A stretch of DNA of 64,000 nucleotides from Podarcis erhardii (Eukaryota). Position numbers and translations under genes: made by a program. Location: the NCBI GenBank assembly GCA_964252035.1, contig OZ176204.1, one strand, 5' to 3'. Of this stretch, positions 1 to 9,991 are shown in pieces; position 1 is the stretch's first letter, and the number at the start of each line of letters is the position of its first letter. Under the pieces are notes generated by a model, which was given only the letters and a program-made list of their open reading frames with translations, ran no database searches and was not told the DNA's origin.

Positions 1-84
1 GCAAATGAAAGAGGCCATAAGTCAGTAACTAGTGCCAGACTCTGGAATCTATGCACAAATGTTCAAAACTGTTTTAACTATATC

Positions 85-190
85 CAGGGCTTTTTTTTCA
101 TCTGGAGCTCAGTTCTGGTACCTCTTGGGTGGATGCCATTGCCAGGAGAACAAGTGAGAAGTTCACGGTGAGCTCTAGAAAAATAGTCTC
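85..190 (+). mobile_element. Short non-autonomous DNA-transposon (MITE)-like element
   Basis: Begins CAGGGCTTTTTTTT and ends AAAAATAGTCTC; the internal segment GAGCTCAGTTCTGGTACCTC matches the reverse complement of 8486-8558. Confidence 0.5.
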
Positions 191-204
191 TATCTATCAA
201 ATTC

Positions 205-320
205 ATGAAAGCAGAGATGGGGAACCTGTGGTCCTCCAGTTGTTTCTGAACTCCATCTTCCATCAATCCAGCCATTCTAACTAATGGCCAGGACTGATGG
301 GTGCCATAGTTCAAAGTCTA
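205..320. mobile_element. Hairpin-type MITE-like repeat (GGACTACAACTCCC family), degraded
   Basis: GGGGAACCTGTGGTCCTCCAG...GAACTCCATCTTCCATC...GGACTGATGGG; related copies near 585-725, 2049-2174, 3225-3370, 11155-11270, 15965-16030, 41865-41930 and 59370-59470. Confidence 0.5.
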
Positions 321-1536
321 TGACAAAAGTGTCTCTCACTAAATGTAAAAAAACTGTGAAAAAGACTCTATGAATTTAAAGTGGAGGTGATGGGTGTACT
401 TTCCCCTGTTTATCTGTTTGTCCTGTCACACAAGAATATATTTAATAAAAACTAATTGTAAAAAAAATGTCCCATCCCTGAATCAAATGATACTTTCATC
501 AAGTAATCAGTTTTTAATTTGGCATTTGCCATTGCTCTGTGGTGAATCCTTGCTTTCAATGCAGCAGGTCCCAGGTTTAGTCTCTAGTGCAGGGGTGGGT
601 CTTTAGATGTTGATGGGCTACAACTTGCATCGGCCTTGAGCACTGCCCGTGGTGGCTGGGGCTGGTGGGAAATAGATTCCAATGGCAATTGGCGGACCAC
701 AAGTTCTCCATTCCCAGTTTAAGAAGATCCCTGCCTCTTAACTGATAGTGGAAAACCAGAGGGCATGAAATAGAGTACCAGAATTCACTGACTGAAATTG
801 TGAACAGGAGCACAACATGCCACAATATTTCACTGCAAATCCCACTTGTGTTCGTTTAAAAGCTAGTTTGCAAGATTCCATCATGTTCTAGAATAACCAA
901 GAAACACAATTTGATACAGAGCTCAGAATAGACTAAATTGTTTCCTACCCTGGCATCACAAGAATTGGGGGAACTTCACTCCCACCCTTCGCAGATAATG
1001 AATCTGCACCAACTGAATATCCTTATGTGTGAGGCAGAAGACCTGAGATTGTGGAAGAAGACTCCATACCCAACCCATGCACATTTGATAGATCCATAGG
1101 CTTGTCTTGTTGGTTGCTAGTTACTGATGGCTTCATTCACATCTCATGATCCAAAGTTTGGCTATAAAGCTAAGCCAAACCATGGCTTAGCTCTCAGAGC
1201 AGGAGAGGAATGAAGCACCTATGATTGTAGCAGAGTGCACTAGCATGCTGCCATGTTTGCCTGGTGGAACTATAGAGGAAGCTGTGGTATGGGATTGCCT
1301 GTCCTATATCATTTAATCCATTTGAAGATGCTGTTCTAACTGAAACTGCTAGTGTTCTCTCCTCCATTCAATGTCCTGACACAAGCCAATGCAGTAATGG
1401 AATGCTTTACTGATTTCAGGTTACTCCCAACAAAGTGTTCTTAAGATTTTAGCCTAACATTAAATTAACTGGTTTTCAGGTCCAGTTTGATACAAAAAAT
1501 AAAAAAACCCCTCTACCAATCCCATTCTGAACTAGT

Positions 1537-1539
1537 GCG

Positions 1540-1570
<31 letters not shown>
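1537..1570. repeat. (GC)n(TC)n microsatellite
   Basis: Read directly from the sequence. Confidence 0.95.
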
Positions 1571-1571
<1 letters not shown>

Positions 1572-2048
1572 TTAAAGAATCCATTTCTGTACTAGAACTT
1601 GGCAAGTCCTTGTTTTGTAGGGGAGATTTGTAAATGACAAATCTCTTTAAATTTTGGCTTGATCACATTAGTCAGCCTTGTGGAAATCCTAAAGTATCGC
1701 AAAAGAGTTGTACAGCAAGGCATATGTTTTGACAGTATAACAAATGGGGAAACCATGAGATAATCTCATGTGACAAAAACATCCCTTTATGCCTTACAGG
1801 CACTGATTTACAATGGGTATTTATGGTTCTTTGGGTACAGTATGCACTGCACAAAACTATTTACAAGAATAGAAAATAGCTGCTAAGCTCAAGTACTTTA
1901 AGGTTTTATTTTCAGAACCTGACTTTGGGTTATAAAACCAGCCCAGGAAAAAGCTGTTTAAGGCTTCTGAGTTGTTTCATTAAGCTGCAAATCACAAACT
2001 ATTTACTAGGGCCAGGTCAGCTGGAGAGAAATGAGAAAGTGTCATGGT

Positions 2049-2174
2049 AGTGGTGGCAAACCTCTGGATGTAGCTGGAATACAACTTCCATCATCCCCAA
2101 CCACTGGCCATAATTGCTAGGATGTTGGGAATTAGTCTATCAGTATATTGAAGGCCACTGGTTCTCCACCACTG
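2049..2174. mobile_element. Hairpin-type MITE-like repeat with imperfect terminal inverted repeats
   Basis: Starts AGTGGTGGCAAAC and ends GTTCTCCACCACTG; internal arms AATACAACTTCCATCATCC and GGATGTTGGGAATTAGT are roughly complementary. Confidence 0.55.
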
Positions 2175-2809
2175 TGTTAGAGTCTCCATGGAAAAATGTT
2201 AGAATGTTAAACAAAAACCTGCTCTGCGTGTTCCCCCAGTTTTGAACCATCACTAGACATTTCACAAAGTGAACCATACATCCTCCTTTCTGCAGTGGGC
2301 AAACTCTTAGCAGCTTACATTAATGTGAAGAAGACAGGACACCCCCTTTTGCCTAAGTTAAGCACCCACTTATAAAGCATGAATTATTTGCCTGTTGTCT
2401 TATATGCAGAAGAATTAGAATCCCAGTTCCACGACTTTATAGATTGATTTGATTACACCTTTACAAGGGAAAGCCACTCATCCATAATGAGCATCTGCTA
2501 TATTTGGAAGTCCTGTGAAAAAGTTTGCTTAGGAAACAATCTGCTTATGAAAGAAAATATCACCCTTCTCTCTTTCTTCCTATCTCTCCTTTGAAATTGC
2601 TTGCAGGTAAACAAGATTCTGCTTTCTCTGTGGCTCTATTTAGTTATCAAGTCAAACCAAGGTCTGAAAACCATTATTTATGCTAATGATGTTTTGGCAT
2701 GCTAAGTGCTGGCACACTACCTGAACTGACAAACCGTAGTGATTGCCATCACTTCTCCAGAGACTGCTGCTCTGTTCCAGTGGGCAGGAGTTTATGAAAC
2801 CAAGCAATG

Positions 2810-2985
2810 CATACTAACAGGTCCCAGGTTCAGTTCCTGGGATCTTCGCTTAAACAGGATCTCAGGCAATAAGTCTGATAAATACTCTGCCCCACTTCTT
2901 TAAAAGTCACAGCCAGCTTCCATAAAAAGTTCTGGGCCAGAATTGGATCAAGGGCCTGGCTCACTATAGCACAGCTTCATAGGCT
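2810..2985 (+). mobile_element. Degraded tRNA-head SINE with CR1-type tail
   Basis: B-box-like GGTCCCAGGTTCAGTTCCTGG and a tail like GGATCAAGGGCCTGGCTCACTATAGCACAGCTTCATA; similar to 13083-13229 and 19877-20025. Confidence 0.4.
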
Positions 2986-3021
2986 CCTACATGTGCAATA
3001 GGATGAGTCCCACACCATACA

Positions 3022-3195
3022 TTTTAAGCAACTTCAATGCACATTTAAAATACACAAGTTTCCCCAATGAATATTGGGAACTGTAGTTTCCCCCAAAGAA
3101 CTATAATTCGCAGGATCCTTCACCAATTAGTTCCCACAATTCTTTCAGAGGGACTCATCAGCTTTAAATGTACATTAGATGTACTTTAAATGTAT
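3022..3195. mobile_element. Palindromic dispersed repeat (GGGAACTGTAGTT family), MITE-like
   Basis: TTTAAA...CCCCAATGAATATTGGGAACTGTAG...TAGTTCCCACAATTCTTT...TTTAAATGT inverted arms; further copies near 11050-11150, 46130-46290, 46490-46640 and 47665-47975. Confidence 0.55.
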
Positions 3196-4819
3196 GCTGT
3201 GGCTCTGTCCTCTATTTCTTTAGGACAAGGGTAGCCAATGACGTACCATCCAGATGTTTTTGTTGAGCTCCAACTCTTTTCAACATGAGCAATCAAGGGA
3301 TGATGAGAAGTTTTAGTCCAATAACAAGTCCAATAACATCTGAAGGGAACCACACTGGCTGCCCTTGTTTTAATGTTTTCCCCTAAGTCTCTAAATGTCA
3401 AATCTTTGAATAGGTAGGTGCCTCTTGATTCTAGCAAACATGCACATACAGTAAATGTATACACATGATTCCAACATATTAGTGTTTGATTCATTTTTAG
3501 CCGCTCTGACCTTGCAAAGCTGAAAGTGCTATTCTATAGGGATGCTTAATTGCGGTGCATATAAATTATGGAAATAATGAGGGGGGAAAGCATTTTCCTT
3601 GTGTACACTGTTTGGCGAACTGCGTCCAAAAATTTGGGGAAGTGCAAGTTTTGAATGATAGCTGTGTTTCTAAGAAACCCTTTCCTTTTTTTTGTATGAG
3701 CTGATTTAATTTCTCCCCTGCAGTTCTGGCTTTGCAGAAGATGATGGGGTGGGAACAACTGGGCACAGGTTATACAGACGACAGACTATACTAGTATCAT
3801 CCTCCCTTCTCTGCGCTGTCTTACAAGAGATAGAGGGTGAAGTCTACCCCATCCTTTGCACATGGATTTTCAGAGAATCAGGGAGATTTACAACATTCCA
3901 GTCCTAAAGGCATTTTGTAATGGGACTTAGAGGCCAATGTGTTCAGGGCTGCAGCTTATGTGTGCCACACTCTTTGCATTATTCCTGAGCTTAGAAGAAT
4001 ATTGCCCTTGGGGACAATGTACGCCAAGGAAAATATTCTCCTCAGAATTGTTGTACTGCATTTGCCAGCGTGGATGGGGCATCCATTAGCACTAATGGGA
4101 GGGAGGTGTGTCGCTTCACCCCAACACATGCAGAGAAAGTATTTTCCCCCAAAGGCAAGGGACTTAATTCCTTTCCTGAATGAAGTCTTCATGTATATAA
4201 GGAAAGGCTGACCGTGCACCACAGGGAGGGATCGTGGGGATTAATAGCAGGCATTTAAGAGTCTAACACCTAGAAGAGAACGGCAAATGTTATTCAAAAC
4301 CATTGCAATATTAACATTGCTTGCAGTCAGATTCCGACGGTGTCTATTACGTGCCAGAACAAGAGAATGGAAAGACCACGTATCGTAGCACTATTATAGC
4401 AGCATGCCAACAGATTTGCAGCACAATCCAAACCCAAGATTGGCTAATGTGAGAGCATTTGGATTTTGTGGCTCTTGGGCTTCTATGGCTGAGCTGCAGC
4501 TCAAGAACCAGTTTCCCGCAGTGCTACTCTCAATAGGGCTAAGGATAGGCTTACAAATAATGGCATGTCTGGAGCGTGCAGGGTCAAAACAAAGCTCACA
4601 GATAGCCTGCATGCAACATCATTTCAGCATATGTGTTGCGTATTGGGTATAGAAGTCTCGAGAAATTTTAATGGAAACGGGAATAGAAATGGCCAGTTTC
4701 CCCTTATTTGCCCCAATTCTTGAACATAAATCCTTCCAGCAAACAAGACTGGTATTGAATGTTGTGGCTTTTATTCTGCAAACACCAAGTAATCCATGAC
4801 CTACATCCTTAACAAGCCA

Positions 4820-5136
4820 TCATATAATTGTTAGAGAATGTTGAAATTGGAAGGGGGATCACACCATCCAATCCTTTGCTCAGTGCAGGGATCGTGCAAC
4901 TTGCAACATCCTTGAGAGATGGTTGTTCAGGCTATGCTTAATTGCTTCACCAGAGGAGAACCAACCACATCCTTAGGCAGTGTGTTCCATTGCTGAATAG
5001 CTCTTACCATTAGGACTTTTCTCCTAAAGTTTCGCTGAAATGTGATTGTTTAAAGTTTCCACACATTGAGTCTAATTCTGTCCTCTGTAGCAACAGGAGA
5101 ACAGTCTGCTCCATCTTCTGTGTGATAGCCCTTTAG
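4820..5136 (-). mobile_element. CR1 LINE 3' fragment
   Basis: Antisense CR1 3' end motifs: TTGGAAGGG...CATCC, GTGTTCCATTGCTGAATAGCTCTTACC, CTGCTCCATCTTCTGTGTGATAGCCC; similar to 14252 and 32977. Confidence 0.7.
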
Positions 5137-6164
5137 ACTGTGATGTTTGAGATCAGAACTCTACTAAGCTGATGGCGCTAGCACAATTGAAAATGACTAA
5201 GAATTACACACCAGTAATTTGTGAAGAATTTCTCACAAATTTACTGCTGCTTTTGCATCAACCAGGCTTCATAAACATCTCTGTTCAGCAGGCCTTTCAC
5301 TGCTTCACTGCTTATTATGAAAGGCATGGCTCATTCTCCACTCCTCTAGCTGCAAATAATGATCTTGCATTCTGGGCTGTAGGAAACTACCAAGGAGAGG
5401 GGGGAGGGATGGCATCAAATTTCAAATTACTCATCGTTTCCCAATTGATACCTGGATGGATAGATGAGAGCTCCCTTTCAAGCAAACCAAGTTCTCGGGC
5501 TAAATTTGGCTGGCATGCTCATCACAGCTCCATTAGGAGAAGGCTATCCAAATATGCCTCTGGGTAAACTGCCAGTATAAGATATTCATTATATGTCTAG
5601 AACTCTCTCTGCTGTTGAAATAATATGAGAGCTGCCATGACAGTAATGACATTCCATGCCTGTCTGTCGCTACCCAGATTGAAGCAAGATCAGGAAAAGT
5701 TTTCAATTCTGCAGTCCAAGAATAGCACAGGTCCAGAACCAGAACTAGTCTATTTCTCCTCATCCGTACTGCCAAAAATAGCAGTGTGCATGCTCCAGTC
5801 ATACTTTTGAAAATATGTCAATTAAATATAATTAGTTATCTCATTCAAAACCCACCACCGGTACTAAATCTAGCCTGGGAATTCTAGGTGGGTCACACAT
5901 CCATGAACACCAGCTTCTTTGTCAATTCTGGGAGACTGTGCCTTGTAGCTCACTAAATGTCAGACTACAGTTCCCTTCATCCCTGACCATTGATCATGCT
6001 GGATGATGGTGGTGATGATTTTATTATTTATATTCTGCCCATCTGGCTGGGTTTCCCCAGACACTCCGGGCAGCTTCCAACATATATAAAAACATAATAA
6101 AATACCAAACATTTAAAACTTCCCAGTATAGAGCTGCCTTCAGATGTCTTCTAAAAGTTGTGTA

Positions 6165-6406
6165 CAGTGGTACCTCGGGTTACATACGCTTCAGGTTACA
6201 GACACTTCAGGTTACAGACTCCGCTAACCCAAAAATAGTACCTCGGGTTAAGAACTTTGCTTCAGGATTAGAACAGAAATTATGTTCTGGCGGCGTGGCA
6301 GCAGCAGGAGGCCCCATTAGCTAAAGTTGTGCTTCAGGTTAAGCACAGTTTCAGGTTAAGAACAGACCTCTGGAACAAATTAAGTACTTAACCCGAGGTA
6401 CCACTG
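6165..6406 (+). mobile_element. 242-bp Tc1/mariner-type MITE
   Basis: TIRs CAGTGGTACCTCGGGTTA / TAACCCGAGGTACCACTG; TA duplicated at 6163-6164 and 6407-6408. Confidence 0.9.
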
Positions 6407-6630
6407 TAGTTCTTTATGTCCTTGACATCTGATGGGAGGGTGTTCCACAGGTCGGACACCACTGCTGAGAAGGCCCTTTGCTTGGTTCCCTGTAACCTCA
6501 CTTCTCACAGTGAGGGAACTGCCAGAAGACCCTTGGAGCTGGACCTTGGTGTCTGGGCAGAACGATGAGGGTGGAGATGCTCCTTCAGGTATACAGGGCC
6601 AAAGCCATTTAGGGCTTTAAAGTTCAGCAC

Positions 6631-6705
6631 TGTTAGGATATAGTTCCATTCCACCTTTAGAACAGATGTGTGGATTGCTGTATGTCACATGTCTGTTTAC
6701 TTCCA
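6631..6705. mobile_element. 75-bp TG...CA insertion with short TSD (LTR-like remnant)
   Basis: Interrupts L2 at CAGCAC|CAACAC; GCAC duplicated at 6627-6630 and 6706-6709 (or CAGCAC, 6 bp); termini TGTTAGG...TTCCA. Confidence 0.5.
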
Positions 6706-7813
6706 GCACCAACACTTTGAATTGTGTTCAAACCAAACTTCAGCCCTTGGTATGCATTTGCTTGCTTGCTTGCGTGCGCACATGGGAGACAGAAAATGAT
6801 AACAGTTGCCGGGATAATTTACCCTTCTAACTTTGGATCCATTTCTATCAGCTGAAAAGTGCTAAGGGAAGACCAGCCAAAAACAGTGACATCTTTCATT
6901 CCAGATTATTGGCTGCCACCAGCTATATTCCATCATAAAAAAGAGCAGAAATCCAGGTACTATCTTTGAGAAGCTTTTAAAGCTGCCAGTATGTTAATTC
7001 TCTCACAAGGAAAGAGGCTCTGAAAATCTCACTCTGGGTGGATGCATGTGTAAGAGGCTGGACCCGGTGGGACCTCTGAGTCTATTAGAATTTTAAAGTG
7101 ACGGCATTGTTATTGCCTCAGTAAAGCTTCTGGCTGTGTCCCCAATGAACTTAGTAGATATAAAAAAGAAAATAATAGACTCCTGCTGTCTTGTGGCAGT
7201 ACGTTGCCTTAAGGACCTTGAAGATCGATTCAAACAAACCTAAAGGGTTATATCACAGTGAAACTTTAATTACGTATTCACAGGTTTATACAGCAGGGAC
7301 TGCATCAGTACATGGTTAATGGAGGCAAAATCTGACCCATTTTAAAGTAATCAATGAGGGAAAACTTTTAAAAGACTTAAGATAGCAGGAATTAGCCTGT
7401 TTGTGGAAACTTTTGGGTTTGCCTTGCTAAACACAACGCTGCATTTGGAGTGAGATGTGAGATTAGAGACAGAGGAATCTGTCAGTTTCAGTTTCTCTCA
7501 GTTTCTCATTTTCCCAATGTTAGTTCAGTTTTCCAGATCTCTGTATCACTTTGTAATTTTTGTTTCAATCATTGCAAAAAGTTGTCTGAATTTTAGTGCT
7601 CCTAATATACACATTTTTTAATGCTACGTTCACTAATGGATGCATTTCACGTACACATTCCCCAATATTTAGATCTTTGTGCAAATCTTTCAGGGTAGAG
7701 AATTGTATCACAAAATTCAGAGAAATGCCAATTTCCAAGGACAGCTGTGTTTTCATTTGCAAATTGCTTTTGTAAGCACTGGAAAGGTAAATTTACGTTG
7801 ACATGCATTCTTT

Positions 7814-8135
7814 CCAGGGACACCCAATTTAGAGAAGCTGTCCCGTTTCTGATTTGATTCTGGAATGTCCCACTTTTCCTTAGGACGTCCCTATTTTCAT
7901 TAGAGAAATGTTGGAGGGCATGGAGTTATTCGACCCCTGAGCTGTCTGAAGACAATCCTGTATAGGATTTTTTTTTTTAAAAAAAATGTTTAATGTTTTA
8001 TTATGTTTTTATAAATGTCGGAAGCTGCCCGGAGTGGCTGGGGCAACCCAGTAAGGTGTCTGGGGTATAAATAGTAAAAGGATCATTATGGAATGAGACA
8101 TCCCTATTTTCATAGGGGAACTGTTGGAGGGTATG
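7814..8135. mobile_element. Composite dispersed element containing an L2-like 3' tail
   Basis: GTCCCTATTTTCATTAGAGAAATGTTGGAGGGCATG is repeated near 7887 and 8100; an L2-type tail (GGAAGCTGCCCGGAGTGGCTGGGGCAACCCAG) lies between them; inverse copies at 32190-32914 and 62694-62936. Confidence 0.7.
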
Positions 8136-8485
8136 TGACTGCTAAATGGGGAAGGAAGAGAGGGCATGGAAAGAGCCTATCAATCAAGAGTGTGCATGAG
8201 ACCAAATACTTGCCTTGAAACAGCATATGAGCGTTTTATAAAACTTCTGATCTGCTTCTGTGTCATTCTGTGCTCTCTCTGCTTTGACCTATCATCTGGG
8301 GCTCACGTTCACCTAATATGGAATGTTGGCCAGCCAGTTTCATCATCACTATCATATAATAATTTTATTATTTATAAACCACCCATCTGCTATGAACTGA
8401 AAGTGCAACCAACACTCCCCTACTCTATCTGCAATGGAGTAGTTTGGGTGCTCTTTTTCTAAGGGGGAAAGTTGCAAGACCAACC

Positions 8486-8558
8486 TTGTTCTCTAAGAAT
8501 GGCACCCACCTGAGAGGTGCCAGAACTGAGTTTAAGTAAATTCCAGCTGAAAAAAGCA
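8486..8558 (-). mobile_element. Partial copy of the MITE family at 85-190
   Basis: GAGAGGTGCCAGAACTGAG...TTCCAGCTGAAAAAAGC is the reverse complement of that family's 5' part. Confidence 0.45.
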
Positions 8559-8908
8559 TTTTTTCACTTGCCTGGTGCTCTCTATCTCGTTCTACAGACT
8601 TAGAACCTTGCCTTGAACTAGGGCAACACATGCACACAAACCCATCCAGGACTTTGAAATGGCCCCAACTGGGACTGATCTGGGACCACCCTGAACTAGA
8701 TCTGAGCCCCAAATGATGTGGTCTTTGCAATACGTCACCTAAAAACCCACAAAAACTTCCACTCTAGCCTCCGTTCCTCAGCAAAGAAATGCAAGAGTAT
8801 AAGATAACTTAGTAAAATAAGAACTTGGCACACTGCGTGGTATTTCATGGATGCTTTAATGTGCTTTCTGGTTTTGTTCTCTGTCGGCTGTCCTGCTTTG
8901 ATGCATAC

Positions 8909-9022
8909 CTAGGAAAAACTTGAAGAAATTTTTCGCCTCAGATCCCCACAGGTATTACAAGTGCAGAAACTCTTATCCTACTCCTTGTAATTAGTATAAT
9001 TAATTGTGCGGTCATTACTCAC
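8909..9022 (-). other. Candidate recursive-splice-site exon (RS-exon), 114 nt
   Basis: Minus strand reads TTTGCATTATTCTTTTCAG|GTGAGT at 9023/9022 and CCTAG|GTATGC at 8909/8908; there are stop codons in all three frames within the first 45 nt. Motif evidence only. Confidence 0.3.
8913..8951 (+). other. Candidate 39-nt frame-preserving microexon
   Basis: Plus strand reads TTTTGTTCTCTGTCGGCTGTCCTGCTTTGATGCATACCTAG|GAAAAAC...CCCCACAG|GTATTA; two open frames (EKLEEIFRLRSPQ or KNLKKFFASDPH). Motif evidence only. Confidence 0.3.
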
Positions 9023-9459
9023 CTGAAAAGAATAATGCAAATTGGAGTGGGGGGGGAGCAAAACTTTTATTATTAACCCCCCCACACACATACTTTTTGG
9101 GGGTAATGTTATCTTGGGTAGCAATCTGTTATCTTAATTATTTCTTTGTTGCCAGCATGGATGAGAAGATTGTTAATACCTAATTGTTAATCTGTTCTCT
9201 CTCTCTTTTAAAAAAATCCACCATTGTAACTTTTTAAAAAATATGGTTTATCTTACTTACCATATGCTTTATCCACAGATTCAAATATAAAGACAATGGA
9301 TTTTGGTTCAGCTGCCCATTAGGCACTAGAGAGCTTTAGATGCATTTAGAATAAAAGGATTATACATTAAAATGAGTTCATTATTATGTGGAGGGGGGAT
9401 GGCAGAATCATCTTTTTAATGTATTAAGTCTCAGATGGTGGTTGGGAGTGTGTGTGAGA

Positions 9460-9478
9460 GGGAGGGAGGGAGGGAGGG
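9460..9478 (+). repeat. (GGGA)n tract, G-quadruplex-forming motif
   Basis: Five GGG runs separated by single A residues. Confidence 0.7.
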
Positions 9479-9655
9479 AAAGAGAAAGAAATCTGTTCCA
9501 TTGGATACTTTGTCTTCTAGCTTCAGATAAATGGTAACATTGTGAGAGCATGATTTATTCCAACTAAAACTATGACAATATTTGCCAACTCTAGCCATTA
9601 GAGGTCTTGAACTCAAAAGATGCCCCTTGACAGTCTGGAGGATGGAGGTGTGTGT

Positions 9656-9991
9656 GAAATAAATAAATAAATAAATAATTTTTATTATTTATACCCAGCC
9701 CATCTGGCTGGGTCTCCCCACAGGCGGCTTCCAACAAAAGATTTAAAATACATTAAAACACCAGTCATTAAAAACTACCCTAAACAGGGCTGCCTTCAGA
9801 TGTCTTCTAAACATCAGATGGTTCTTTATTTCTTTGACATTTGATGCGAGGGCGTTCCACAGGGCAGGCGCCACTACCGAGAAGGCCTTCTGCCTGGTTC
9901 CCTGTAACCTCACTTCTCGCAGTAAGGGAACTGCCAGAAGGCCCTCGGCGCTGGACTTCAGGGTCAGGGCTGAATGGTGGGGGTGGAGACA
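9656..9991 (-). mobile_element. L2 LINE 3' fragment with (TTTA)n tail
   Basis: Antisense L2 3' end; the minus-strand ORF 9743-9994 (RLQGTRQKAFSVVAPALWNAL) is typical of the L2 ORF2 C-terminus. Confidence 0.85.

Larger units (their letters stand above)
6018..6735 (-). mobile_element. L2 LINE 3' fragment carrying two nested insertions
   Basis: Antisense lizard L2 3' end (CCCATCTGGCTGGGTTTCCCCAG, GCTGCCTTCAGATGTCTTCTAAAAG, GAGAAGGCCCT...); continuity is broken at 6165-6406 and 6631-6705; similar to 9660-9991. Confidence 0.85.

Noticed and set aside
2585-2615. Plus-strand TTGCTTGCAG|GTAAAC AG|GT site
   Set aside because: Interrupted pyrimidine tract and weaker donor; expected by chance.
5172-5567. 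131-aa plus-strand ORF
   Set aside because: No recognisable domain and no flanking splice or promoter support; ORFs of this length arise by chance in 64 kb.
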